From: Eledone cirrhosa
Lineage: Eukaryota
Direction: 5' to 3'
Assembly: GCA_964016885.1 (NCBI GenBank)
Contig: OZ024741.1
Coordinates: 356,934,001-356,998,000, forward strand
DNA length: 64,000 nucleotides
Position numbers and translations under genes: made by a program. The notes beneath the pieces are model-generated. The model saw only the letters and a program-made list of their open reading frames with translations, did not search any database and had not been told where the DNA came from. Every line of letters starts with the position of its first letter. The stretch's first letter is position 1. Below are positions 41,501 to 56,299 of this stretch, one piece after another.

Positions 41501-44500
41501 CTGTTCGACAGTCTTCACCACTACCATCAAGATCCCTACTGTTACACAGTCTTCCCCACTACCATCAAGACTCCTACTGTTACACAGTGTTCACCATTAC
41601 CATCAAGACTCCTACTGTTACACAGTCTTCACCACTACCATCAAGACTCCTACTGTTACACAGTCTTCACCACTACCATCAAGACTCCTACTGTTACACA
41701 GTGTTCACCATTACCATCAAGATCCCTACTGTTACACAGTCTTCACCATTACCATCAAGACTCCTACTGTTACACAGTCTTCACCACTACCATCAAGACC
41801 CCTACTGTTACACAGTCTTCACCACTGCCATCAAGACTCCTACTGTTACACAGTCTTCACCACTACCATCAAGACTCCTACTGTTACACAGTCTTCACCA
41901 CTACCATCAAGACCCCTGCTGCAAGACAGTCTTCACCACTACCATCAAGACCCCTACTGTTACAGTCTTCACCACTACCATCAAGACCCCTACTGTTACA
42001 GTCTTCACCACTACCATCAAGACTCCTACTGTTAAACAGTCTTCACCACTGCCATCAAGACTCCTACTGTTACACAGTCTTCACCGCTACCATCAAGACC
42101 CATACTGTTACACAGTCTTCACTACTACCATCAAGAGCCCTACTGTTACACAGTCTTCACCATTACCATCCAGACTACTACTGTTACACGGTCTTCACCA
42201 TTACCATCAAGACCCTTACTGTTCCACAGTCTTCACTACTACGATCAAGACCCCATACTGTTACACAGTCTTCACCACTACCATCAAGACCCCCTACTGT
42301 TACACAGTCTTCACCACTACCATCAAGACTCCTACTGTTACACAGACTTCACCACTACCATCAAGACTCCTGCTGTTCCACAGTCTTCACCACTACCATC
42401 AAGATCCCTATTGTTACACAGTCTTCACCACTACCATCAAGACTCCTACTGTTACACAGTCTTCACCACTACCATCAAGACCCCTACTGTTACACAGTCT
42501 TCACCACTACCATCAAGATTCCTACTGTTACACAGTCTTCACCACTACCATCAAGACCCCTACTGTTACACAGTCTTCACCACTACCATCAAGACCCCTA
42601 CTGTTACACAGTCTTCACCTCTACCATCAAGACCCCTACTGTTACACAGTCTTCACCACTACCATCAAGACTCCTACTGTTACACAGTCTTCACCACTAC
42701 CATCAAGACTCCTGCCGTTACACAGTCTTCACCATTACCATCAAGACCCCTACTGTTACAGAGTCTTCACCACTACCATCAAGACCCCTACTGTTACACA
42801 GTCTTCACCACTACCATCAAGACTCCTACTGTTAAACAGTCTTCACCACTGCCATCAAGACTCCTACTCTTACACAGTCTTCACCACTACCATCAAGACC
42901 CCTACTGTTACACAGTCTTCACCCCTACCATCGAGACCCCTACTGTTACACAGTCTCCACCACTACCATCAAGACTCCTACTGTTACACAGTCTTCACCA
43001 TTACCATCAAGACCCCTACTGTTACACAGTCTTCACTGCTACCATCAAGACCCATACTGTTACACATTCTTCACTACTACCATTAAGACCCCTACTGTAA
43101 CACAGTCTTTACCACTACTATCAAGACCCCTACTGTTCCACAGACTTCACCACTACCATCAAGACTCCTGCTGTTCCACAGTCTTCACCACTACCATCAA
43201 GATCCCTACTGTTATACAGTCTTCACCACTGCCATCAAGACTCCTACTGTTACACAGTCTTCACCACTAGCATCAAGACTCCTGCCGTTACACAATCTTC
43301 ACCATTACCATCAAGACCCCTACTGTTACAGAGTCTTCACCACTGCCATCAAGACTCCTACTGTTACACAGTCTTCACCACTACCATCAAGATTCCTACT
43401 GTTACACAGTCTTCACCACTACCATCAAGACCCCTACTGTTACACAGTCTTCACCACAACCATCAAGACTCCTACTGTTACAGAGTCTTCACCACTACCA
43501 TCAAGACCCCTACTGTTCCACAGTCTTCACCCCTGCCATCAAGACCCCTACTGTTACACAGTCTCCACCACTACCATCAAGACTCCTACTGTTACACAGT
43601 CTTCACCATTACCATCAAGACCCCTACTGTTACACAGTCTTCACCACTGCCATCAAGACCCCTACTGTTACACAGTCTTCACCACTGCCATCAAGATTCC
43701 TACTGTTACACAGTCTTCACCACTACCATCAATACCCCTACTGTTACACAGTCTTTACCACTACCATCAATACCCCTACTGTTACACAGTCTTCACCATT
43801 ACCATCAAGACCCCTACTGTTCCACAGTCTTCACTACTACCATCAAGACCCCTACTGTTACAGTCTTCACCACTACCATCAAGACCCCTACTGTTACACA
43901 GTCTTCACCACTGCCATCAAGACTCCTACTGTTACACAGTCTTCACCACTACCATCAAGACTCCTACTGTTACACAGTCTTCCCCACTACCATCAAGACC
44001 CCTACTGTTCCACAGTCTTCACCACTACCATCAAGACCCCTACTGTTACACAGTCTTCACAACCACCATCAAGACCCCTACGGTTACACAGTCTTCACCA
44101 CTACCATCAAGACTCCTACTGTTACACAGTCTTCACTATTACCATCAAGACCCCTACTGTTACACAGTCTTCACCACTACCATTAAGACCCCTACTGTTC
44201 CACAGTCTTCACTATTACCATCAAGACCCCTACTGTTCCACAGTCTTCACCACTACCATCAAGACTCCTACTGTTACACAGTCTTCACCACTACCATCAA
44301 GACCCCTACTGTTCCACAATCTTCACCACTACCATCAAGACTTCTACTGTTCGACAGTCTTCACCACTACCATCAAGACCCCTACTGTTACACAGTCTTC
44401 ACCACTACCATCAAGACTCCTACTGTTACACAGTCTTCACCACTGCCATCAAGACTCCTACTGTTACACAGTGTTCACCATTACCATCAAGATCCCTACT

Positions 44501-45240
44501 GTTACACAGTCTTCACCATTACCATCAAGACTCCTACTGTTACACAGTCTTCCCCACTACCATCAAGACTCCTACTGTTACACAGTGTTCACCATTACCA
44601 TCAAGATCCCTACTGTTACACAGTCTTCACCATTACCATCAAGACTCCTACTGTTACACAGTCTTCACCACTACCATCAAGACCCCTACTGTTACACAGT
44701 CTTCACCACTGCCATCAAGACTCCTACTGTTACACAGTCTTCACCACTACCATCAAGACCCCTACTGTTACACAGTCTTCACCTCTACCATCAAGACTCC
44801 TACTGTTACACAGTCTTCACCACTACCATCAAGACCCCTACTGTTACACAGTCTTCACCACTGCCATCAAGACTCCTACTGTTACACAGTCTTCACCACT
44901 ACCATCAAGACCCCTGCTGCAAGACAGTCTTTACCACTACCATCAATACCCCTACTGTTACACAGTCTTCACCATTACCATCAAGACCCCTACTGTTCCA
45001 CAGTCTTCACTACTACCATCAAGACCCCTACTGTTACAGTCTTCACCACTGCCATCAAGACTCCTACTGTTACACAGTCTTCACCATTACCATCAAGACT
45101 CCTACTGTTACACAGTCTTCACCACTACCATCAAGACCCCTACTGTTACAGTCTTCACCACTACCATCAAGACCCCTACTGTTACAGCCTTCACCACTAC
45201 CATCAAGACTCCTACTGTTAAACAGTCTTCACCACTGCCA
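29960..45240 (+). repeat. Near-identical tandem duplication of an approximately 7.6-kb (about 200-monomer) block
   Basis: Rare markers TACAGTTACA 30121/37743, the ATG of CCATGGCC 31584/39206 and 34789/42411 are all offset by 7622. The offset then becomes 7584 (35251/42835, 35502/43086) and 7660 (36811/44471, GTTACAGCCT 37521/45181), i.e. whole-monomer indels of -38 and +76. Confidence 0.93.
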
Positions 45241-48200
45241 TCAAGACTCCTACTGTTACACAGTCTTCACCGCTACCATCAAGACCCATACTGTTACACA
45301 GTCTTCACTACTACCATCAAGAGCCCTACTGTTACACAGTCTTCACCATTACCATCAAGACCCCTACTGTTCCACAGTCTTCACTACTACGATCAAGACC
45401 CCATACTGTTACACAGTCTTCACCACTACCATCAAGACCCCCTACTGTTACATAGTCTTCACCACTACCATCAAGACTCCTGCTGTTCCACAGTCTTCAC
45501 AACTACCATCAAGATCCCTATTGTTACACAGTCTTCACCACTGCCATCAAGACTCCTACTGTTACACAGTCTTCACCACTGCCATCAAGACTCCTACTGT
45601 TACACAGTCTTCACCACTGCCATCAAGACTCCTACTGTTACACAGTCTTCACCACTACCATCAAGACTCCTACTGTTACACAGTCTTCACCACTACCATC
45701 AAGACCCCTGCTGCAAGACCGTCTTTACCACTACCATCAATACCCCTACTGTTACACAGTCTTCACCATTACCATCAAGACCCCTACTGTTCCACAGTCT
45801 TCACTACTACCATCAAGACCCCTACTGTTACAGTCTTCACCATTACCATCAAGACCCCTACTGTTACACAGTCTTCACCACTGCCATCAAGACTCCTACT
45901 GTTACACAGTCTTCACCTCTGCCATCAAGACTCCTACTGTTACACAGTCTTCACCACTGCCATCAAGACCCCTACTGTTACACAGTCTTCAACACTACCA
46001 TCAAGACCCCTACTGTTCCACAGTCTTCACCACTGCCATCAAGACTCCTACGGTTACACAGTCTTCACCACTACCATCAAGACCCCTACTGTTACACAGT
46101 CTTCACAACCACCATCAAGACTCCTACGGTTACACAGTCTTCACCACTACCATCAAGACTCCTACTGTTACACAGTCTTCACTATTACCATCAAGACCCC
46201 TACTGTTACACAGTCTTCACCACTACCATCAAGACCCCTACTGTTCCACAGTCTTCACTATTACCATCAAGACCCCTACTGTTACACAGTCTTCACCACT
46301 ACCATCAAGACTCCTACTGTTACACAGTCTTCACCACTACCATCAAGACTCCTACTGTTACACAGTCTTCACTATTACCATCAAGACCCCTACTGTTACA
46401 CAGTCTTCACCACTACCATCAAGACCCCTACTGTTCCACAGTCTTCACCACTACCATCAAGACTCCTACTGTTACACAGTCTTCACCACTACCATCAAGA
46501 CTCCTACTGTTACACAGTCTTCACCACTACCATCAAGACCCCTACTGTTCCACAATCTTCACCACTACCATCAAGACTTCTACTGTTCGACAGTCTTCAC
46601 CATTACCATCAAGACCCCTACTGTTACACAGTCTTCACCACTACCATCAAGACTCCTACTGTTACACAGTCTTCACCACTACCATCAAGACTCCTACCGT
46701 TACACAGTCTTCACCACTGCCATCAAGACTCCTACTGTTCGACAGTCTTCACCACTACCATCAAGATCCCTACTGTTACACAGTCTTCCCCACTACCATC
46801 AAGACTCCTACTGTTACACAGTGTTCACCATTACCATCAAGATCCCTACTGTTACACAGTCTTCACCATTACCATCAAGACTCCTACTGTTACACAGTCT
46901 TCACCACTACCATCAAGACCCCTACTGTTACACAGTCTTCACCCCTGCCATCAAGACCCCTACTGTTACACAGTCTCCACCACTACCATCAAGACTCCTA
47001 CTGTTACACAGTCTTCACCATTACCATCAAGACCCCTACTGTTACACAGTCTTCACCACTGCCATCAAGACCCCTACTGTTACACAGTCTTCACCACTGC
47101 CATCAAGATTCCTACTGTTACACAGTCTTCACCACTACCATCAATACCCCTACTGTTACACAGTCTTTACCACTACCATCAATACCCCTACTGTTACACA
47201 GTCTTCACCATTACCATCAAGACCCCTACTGTTCCACAGTCTTCACTACTACCATCAAGACCCCTACTGTTACAGTCTTCACCACTACCATCAAGACCCC
47301 TACTGTTACACAGTCTTCACCACTGCCATCAAGACTCCTACTGTTACACAGTCTTCACCACTACCATCAAGACTCCTACTGTTACACAGTCTTCCCCACT
47401 ACCATCAAGACCCCTACTGTTCCACAGTCTTCACCACTACCATCAAGACCCCTACTGTTACACAGTCTTCACAACCACCATCAAGACCCCTACGGTTACA
47501 CAGTCTTCACCACTACCATCAAGACTCCTACTGTTACACAGTCTTCACTATTACCATCAAGACCCCTACTGTTACACAGTCTTCACCACTACCATTAAGA
47601 CCCCTACTGTTCCACAGTCTTCACTATTACCATCAAGACCCCTACTGTTCCACAGTCTTCACCACTACCATCAAGACTCCTACTGTTACACAGTCTTCAC
47701 CACTACCATCAAGACCCCTACTGTTCCACAATCTTCACCACTACCATCAAGACTTCTACTGTTCGACAGTCTTCACCACTACCATCAAGACCCCTACTGT
47801 TACACAGTCTTCACCACTACCATCAAGACTCCTACTGTTACACAGTCTTCACCACTGCCATCAAGACTCCTACTGTTACACAGTGTTCACCATTACCATC
47901 AAGATCCCTACTGTTACACAGTCTTCACCATTACCATCAAGACTCCTACTGTTACACAGTCTTCCCCACTACCATCAAGACTCCTACTGTTACACAGTGT
48001 TCACCATTACCATCAAGATCCCTACTGTTACACAGTCTTCACCATTACCATCAAGACTCCTACTGTTACACAGTCTTCACCACTACCATCAAGACCCCTA
48101 CTGTTACACAGTCTTCACCACTGCCATCAAGACTCCTACTGTTACACAGTCTTCACCACTACCATCAAGACCCCTACTGTTACACAGTCTTCACCTCTAC

Positions 48201-50350
48201 CATCAAGACTCCTACTGTTACACAGTCTTCACCACTACCATCAAGACCCCTACTGTTACACAGTCTTCACCACTGCCATCAAGACTCCTACTGTTACACA
48301 GTCTTCACCACTACCATCAAGACCCCTGCTGCAAGACAGTCTTTACCACTACCATCAATACCCCTACTGTTACACAGTCTTCACCATTACCATCAAGACC
48401 CCTACTGTTCCACAGTCTTCACTACTACCATCAAGACCCCTACTGTTACAGTCTTCACCACTGCCATCAAGACTCCTACTGTTACACAGTCTTCACCATT
48501 ACCATCAAGACTCCTACTGTTACACAGTCTTCACCACTACCATCAAGACCCCTACTGTTACAGTCTTCACCACTACCATCAAGACCCCTACTGTTACAGC
48601 CTTCACCACTACCATCAAGACTCCTACTGTTAAACAGTCTTCACCACTGCCATCAAGACTCCTACTGTTACACAGTCTTCACCGCTACCATCAAGACCCA
48701 TACTGTTACACAGTCTTCACTACTACCATCAAGAGCCCTACTGTTACACAGTCTTCACCATTACCATCAAGACCCCTACTGTTCCACAGTCTTCACTACT
48801 ACGATCAAGACCCCATACTGTTACACAGTCTTCACCACTACCATCAAGACCCCCTACTGTTACATAGTCTTCACCACTACCATCAAGACTCCTGCTGTTC
48901 CACAGTCTTCACAACTACCATCAAGATCCCTATTGTTACACAGTCTTCACCACTGCCATCAAGACTCCTACTGTTACACAGTCTTCACCACTGCCATCAA
49001 GACTCCTACTGTTACACAGTCTTCACCACTGCCATCAAGACTCCTACTGTTACACAGTCTTCACCACTACCATCAAGACTCCTACTGTTACACAGTCTTC
49101 ACCACTACCATCAAGACCCCTGCTGCAAGACCGTCTTTACCACTACCATCAATACCCCTACTGTTACACAGTCTTCACCATTACCATCAAGACCCCTACT
49201 GTTCCACAGTCTTCACTACTACCATCAAGACCCCTACTGTTACAGTCTTCACCATTACCATCAAGACCCCTACTGTTACACAGTCTTCACCACTGCCATC
49301 AAGACTCCTACTGTTACACAGTCTTCACCTCTGCCATCAAGACTCCTACTGTTACACAGTCTTCACCACTGCCATCAAGACCCCTACTGTTACACAGTCT
49401 TCAACACTACCATCAAGACCCCTACTGTTCCACAGTCTTCACCACTGCCATCAAGACTCCTACGGTTACACAGTCTTCACCACTACCATCAAGACCCCTA
49501 CTGTTACACAGTCTTCACAACCACCATCAAGACCCCTACGGTTACACAGTCTTCACCACTACCATCAAGACTCCTACTGTTACACAGTCTTCACTATTAC
49601 CATCAAGACCCCTACTGTTACACAGTCTTCACCACTACCATCAAGACCCCTACTGTTCCACAGTCTTCACTATTACCATCAAGACCCCTACTGTTACACA
49701 GTCTTCACCACTACCATCAAGACTCCTACTGTTACACAGTCTTCACCACTACCATCAAGACTCCTACTGTTACACAGTCTTCACTATTACCATCAAGACC
49801 CCTACTGTTACACAGTCTTCACCACTACCATCAAGACCCCTACTGTTCCACAGTCTTCACCACTACCATCAAGACTCCTACTGTTACACAGTCTTCACCA
49901 CTACCATCAAGACTCCTACTGTTACACAGTCTTCACCACTACCATCAAGACCCCTACTGTTCCACAATCTTCACCACTACCATCAAGACTTCTACTGTTC
50001 GACAGTCTTCACCATTACCATCAAGACCCCTACTGTTACACAGTCTTCACCACTACCATCAAGACTCCTACTGTTACACAGTCTTCACCACTACCATCAA
50101 GACTCCTACCGTTACACAGTCTTCACCACTGCCATCAAGACTCCTACTGTTCGACAGTCTTCACCACTACCATCAAGATCCCTACTGTTACACAGTCTTC
50201 CCCACTACCATCAAGACTCCTACTGTTACACAGTGTTCACCATTACCATCAAGATCCCTACTGTTACACAGTCTTCACCATTACCATCAAGACTCCTACT
50301 GTTACACAGTCTTCACCACTACCATCAAGACCCCTACTGTTACACAGTCT
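43530..50350 (+). repeat. Near-identical tandem duplication of a 3,412-bp (90-monomer) block
   Basis: Markers CACCCCTG (T at 43534/46946), GTTACAGCCT 45181/48593, GCAAGACCGTC (last G at 45721/49133) and GTG 46821/50233 are all offset by 3412 = 90x38-8. Confidence 0.92.
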
Positions 50351-53300
50351 TCACCACTGCCATCAAGACTCCTACTGTTACACAGTCTTCACCACTACCA
50401 TCAAGACTCCTACTGTTACACAGTCTTCACCACTACCATCAAGACCCCTGCTGCAAGACAGTCTTTACCACTACCATCAATACCCCTACTGTTACACAGT
50501 CTTCACCATTACCATCAAGACCCCTACTGTTCCACAGTCTTCACTACTACCATCAAGACCCCTACTGTTACAGTCTTCACCACTGCCATCAAGACTCCTA
50601 CTGTTACACAGTCTTCACCATTACCATCAAGACTCCTACTGTTACACAGTCTTCACCACTACCATCAAGACCCCTACTGTTACAGTCTTCACCACTACCA
50701 TCAAGACCCCTACTGTTACAGTCTTCACCACTACCATCAAGACTCCTACTGTTAAACAGTCTTCACCACTGCCATCAAGACTCCTACTGTTACACAGTCT
50801 TCACCGCTACCATCAAGACCCATACTGTTACACAGTCTTCACTACTACCATCAAGAGCCCTACTGTTACACAGTCTTCACCATTACCATCAAGACCCCTA
50901 CTGTTACACAGTCTTCACCACTACCATCCAGACTACTACTGTTACACGGTCTTCACCATTACCATCAAGACCCTTACTGTTCCACAGTCTTCACTACTAC
51001 GATCAAGACCCCATACTGTTACACAGTCTTCACCACTACCATCAAGACCCCCTACTGTTACACAGTCTTCACCACTACCATCAAGACTCCTACTGTTACA
51101 CAGACTTCACCACTACCATCAAGACTCCTGCTGTTCCACAGTCTTCACCACTACCATCAAGATCCCTATTGTTACACAGTCTTCACCACTGCCATCAAGA
51201 CTCCTACTGTTACACAGTCTTCACCACTGCCATCAAGACTCCTACTGTTACACAGTCTTCACCACTGCCATCAAGACTCCTACTGTTACACAGTCTTCAC
51301 CACTACCATCAAGACTCCTACTGTTACACAGTCTTCACCACTACCATCAAGACCCCTACTGTTACACAGTCTTCACCACTACCATCAAGATTCCTACTGT
51401 TACACAGTCTTCACCACTACCATCAAGACCCCTACTGTTACACAGTCTTCACCACTGCCATCAAGACTCCTACTGTTACACAGTCTTCACCACTACCATC
51501 AAGACCCCTACTGTTACACAGTCTTCACCTCTACCATCAAGACCCCTACTGTTACACAGTCTTCACCACTACCATCAAGACTCCTACTGTTACACAGTCT
51601 TCACCACTACCATCAAGACTCCTGCCGTTACACAGTCTTCACCATTACCATCAAGACCCCTACTGTTACAGAGTCTTCACCACTACCATCAAGACCCCTA
51701 CTGTTACACAGTCTTCACCACTACCATCAAGACTCCTACTGTTAAACAGTCTTCACCACTGCCATCAAGACTCCTACTCTTACACAGTCTTCACCACTAC
51801 CATCAAGACCCCTACTGTTACACAGTCTTCACCCCTACCATCGAGACCCCTACTGTTACACAGTCTCCACCACTACCATCAAGACTCCTACTGTTACACA
51901 GTCTTCACCATTACCATCAAGACCCCTACTGTTACACAGTCTTCACTGCTACCATCAAGACCCATACTGTTACACATTCTTCACTACTACCATTAAGACC
52001 CCTACTGTAACACAGTCTTTACCACTACTATCAAGACCCCTACTGTTCCACAGACTTCACCACTACCATCAAGACTCCTGCTGTTCCACAGTCTTCACCA
52101 CTACCATCAAGATCCCTACTGTTATACAGTCTTCACCACTGCCATCAAGACTCCTACTGTTACACAGTCTTCACCACTAGCATCAAGACTCCTGCCGTTA
52201 CACAATCTTCACCATTACCATCAAGACCCCTACTGTTACAGAGTCTTCACCACTACCATCAAGACCCCTACTGTTACACAGTCTTCACCACAACCATCAA
52301 GACTCCTACTGTTACAGAGTCTTCACCACTACCATCAAGACCCCTACTGTTCCACAGTCTTCACCCCTGCCATCAAGACCCCTACTGTTACACAGTCTCC
52401 ACCACTACCATCAAGACTCCTACTGTTACACAGTCTTCACCATTACCATCAAGACCCCTACTGTTACACAGTCTTCACCACTGCCATCAAGACCCCTACT
52501 GTTACACAGTCTTCACCACTGCCATCAAGATTCCTACTGTTACACAGTCTTCACCACTACCATCAATACCCCTACTGTTACACAGTCTTTACCACTACCA
52601 TCAATACCCCTACTGTTACACAGTCTTCACCATTACCATCAAGACCCCTACTGTTCCACAGTCTTCACTACTACCATCAAGACCCCTACTGTTACAGTCT
52701 TCACCACTACCATCAAGACCCCTACTGTTACACAGTCTTCACCACTGCCATCAAGACTCCTACTGTTACACAGTCTTCACCACTGCCATCAAGACTCCTA
52801 CTGTTACACAGTCTTCACCACTGCCATCAAGACCCCTACTGTTACACAGTCTTCAACACTACCATCAAGACCCCTACTGTTCCACAGTCTTCACCACTGC
52901 CATCAAGACTCCTACGGTTACACAGTCTTCACCACTACCATCAAGACCCCTACTGTTACACAGTCTTCACAACCACCATCAAGACCCCTACGGTTACACA
53001 GTCTTCACCACTACCATCAAGACTCCTACTGTTACACAGTCTTCACTATTACCATCAAGACCCCTACTGTTACACAGTCTTCACCACTACCATTAAGACC
53101 CCTACTGTTCCACAGTCTTCACTATTACCATCAAGACCCCTACTGTTCCACAGTCTTCACCACTACCATCAAGACTCCTACTGTTACACAGTCTTCACCA
53201 CTACCATCAAGACCCCTACTGTTCCACAATCTTCACCACTACCATCAAGACTTCTACTGTTCGACAGTCTTCACCATTACCATCAAGACCCCTACTGTTA

Positions 53301-56270
53301 CACAGTCTTCACCACTACCATCAAGACTCCTACTGTTACACAGTCTTCACCACTACCATCAAGACCCCTACTGTTCCACAGTCTTCACCACTGCCATCAA
53401 GACTCCTACTGTTACAGTCTTCACCACTACCATCAAGACCCCTACTGTTACACAGTCTTCACCACTACCATCAAGACTCCTACTGTTCGACAGTCTTCAC
53501 CACTACCATCAAGATCCCTACTGTTACACAGTCTTCACCACTACCATCAAGACCCCTACTGTTACACAGTCTTCACCACTACCATCAAGACTCCTACTGT
53601 TCGACAGTCTTCACCACTACCATCAAGATCCCTACTGTTACACAGTCTTCACCACTACCATCAAGACCCCTACTGTTACACAGTCTTCACCACTACCATC
53701 AAGACTCCTACTGTTACACAGTCTTCACCACTACCATCAAGACTCCTACTGTTACACAGTCTTCACCACTACCATCAAGACTCCTACTGTTCCACAGTCT
53801 TCACCACTACCATCAAGAACCCTACTGTTACACAGTCTTCACCACTACCATCAAGACTCCTACTGTTACACAGTGTTCACCATTACCATCAAGATCCCTA
53901 CTGTTACACAGTCTTCACCATTACCATCAAGACTCCTACTGTTACACAGTCTTCACCACTACCATCAAGACCCCTACTGTTACACAGTCTTCACCACTGC
54001 CATCAAGACTCCTACTGTTACACAGTCTTCACCACTACCATCAAGACCCCTACTGTTACACAGTCTTCACCTCTACCATCAAGACTCCTACTGTTACACA
54101 GTCTTCACCACTACCATCAAGACCCCTACTGTTACACAGTCTTCACCACTGCCATCAAGACTCCTACTGTTACACAGTCTTCACCACTACCATCAAGACC
54201 CCTACTGTTACACAGTCTTCACCACTACCATCAAGACTCCTACTGTTACACAGTCTTCACCACTACCATCAAGACCCCTGCTGCAAGACAGTCTTTACCA
54301 CTACCATCAATACCCCTACTGTTACACAGTCTTCACCATTACCATCAAGACCCCTACTGTTCCACAGTCTTCACTACTACCATCAAGACCCCTACTGTTA
54401 CAGTCTTCACCACTGCCATCAAGACTCCTACTGTTACACAGTCTTCACCATTACCATCAAGACTCCTACTGTTAAACAGTCTTCACCACTGCCATCAAGA
54501 CTCCTACTGTTACACAGTCTTCACCGCTACCATCAAGACCCATACTGTTACACAGTCTTCACTACTACCATCAAGAGCCCTACTGTTACACAGTCTTCAC
54601 CATTACCATCAAGACCCCTACTGTTCCACAGTCTTCACTACTACGATCAAGACCCCATACTGTTACACAGTCTTCACCACTACCATCAAGACCCCCTACT
54701 GTTACATAGTCTTCACCACTACCATCAAGACTCCTACTGTTACACAGACTTCACCACTACCATCAAGACTCCTGCTGTTCCACAGTCTTCACCACTACCA
54801 TCAAGATCCCTATTGTTACACAGTCTTCACCACTGCCATCAAGACTCCTACTGTTACACAGTCTTCACCACTGCCATCAAGACTCCTACTGTTACACAGT
54901 CTTCACCACTGCCATCAAGACTCCTACTGTTACACAGTCTTCACCACTACCATCAAGACTCCTACTGTTACACAGTCTTCACCACTACCATCAAGACCCC
55001 TACTGTTACACAGTCTTCACCACTACCATCAAGATTCCTACTGTTACACAGTCTTCACCACTACCATCAAGACCCCTACTGTTACACAGTCTTCACCACT
55101 GCCATCAAGACTCCTACTGTTACACAGTCTTCACCACTACCATCAAGACCCCTACTGTTACACAGTCTTCACCTCTACCATCAAGACCCCTACTGTTACA
55201 CAGTCTTCACCACTACCATCAAGACTCCTACTGTTACACAGTCTTCACCACTACCATCAAGACTCCTGCCGTTACACAGTCTTCACCATTACCATCAAGA
55301 CCCCTACTGTTACAGAGTCTTCACCACTACCATCAAGACCCCTACTGTTACACAGTCTTCACCACTACCATCAAGACTCCTACTGTTAAACAGTCTTCAC
55401 CACTGCCATCAAGACTCCTACTCTTACACAGTCTTCACCACTACCATCAAGACCCCTACTGTTACACAGTCTTCACCCCTACCATCGAGACCCCTACTGT
55501 TACACAGTCTCCACCACTACCATCAAGACTCCTACTGTTACACAGTCTTCACCATTACCATCAAGACCCCTACTGTTACACAGTCTTCACTGCTACCATC
55601 AAGACCCATACTGTTACACATTCTTCACTACTACCATTAAGACCCCTACTGTAACACAGTCTTTACCACTACTATCAAGACCCCTACTGTTCCACAGACT
55701 TCACCACTACCATCAAGACTCCTGCTGTTCCACAGTCTTCACCACTACCATCAAGATCCCTACTGTTACACAGTCTTCACCACTGCCATCAAGACTCCTA
55801 CTGTTACACAGTCTTCACCACTGCCATCAAGACTCCTACTGTTACACAGTCTTCACCACTAGCATCAAGACTCCTGCCGTTACACAATCTTCACCATTAC
55901 CATCAAGACCCCTACTGTTACAGAGTCTTCACCACTACCATCAAGACCCCTACTGTTACACAGTCTTCACCACAACCATCAAGACTCCCACTGTTACAGA
56001 GTCTTCACCACTACCATCAAGACCCCTACTGTTCCACAGTCTTCACCCCTGCCATCAAGACCCCTACTGTTACACAGTCTCCACCACTACCATCAAGACT
56101 CCTACTGTTACACAGTCTTCACCATTACCATCAAGACCCCTACTGTTACACAGTCTTCACCACTGCCATCAAGACCCCTACTGTTACACAGTCTTCACCA
56201 CTGCCATCAAGATTCCTACTGTTACACAGTCTTCACCACTACCATCAATACCCCTACTGTTACACAGTCT
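50230..56270 (+). repeat. Partial duplication with about 3,640-3,644 bp (about 96-monomer) offset
   Basis: Offsets: 50233/53873 (3640), TTG 51169/54813 (3644), TAA ends 51996/55640 (3644). The run of rare variants is shared (GATTCC, ACTCTTAC, ATCGAG, CACAACCATC). Confidence 0.85.
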
Positions 56271-56299
56271 TCACCACTGCCATCAAGACCCCTACTGTT

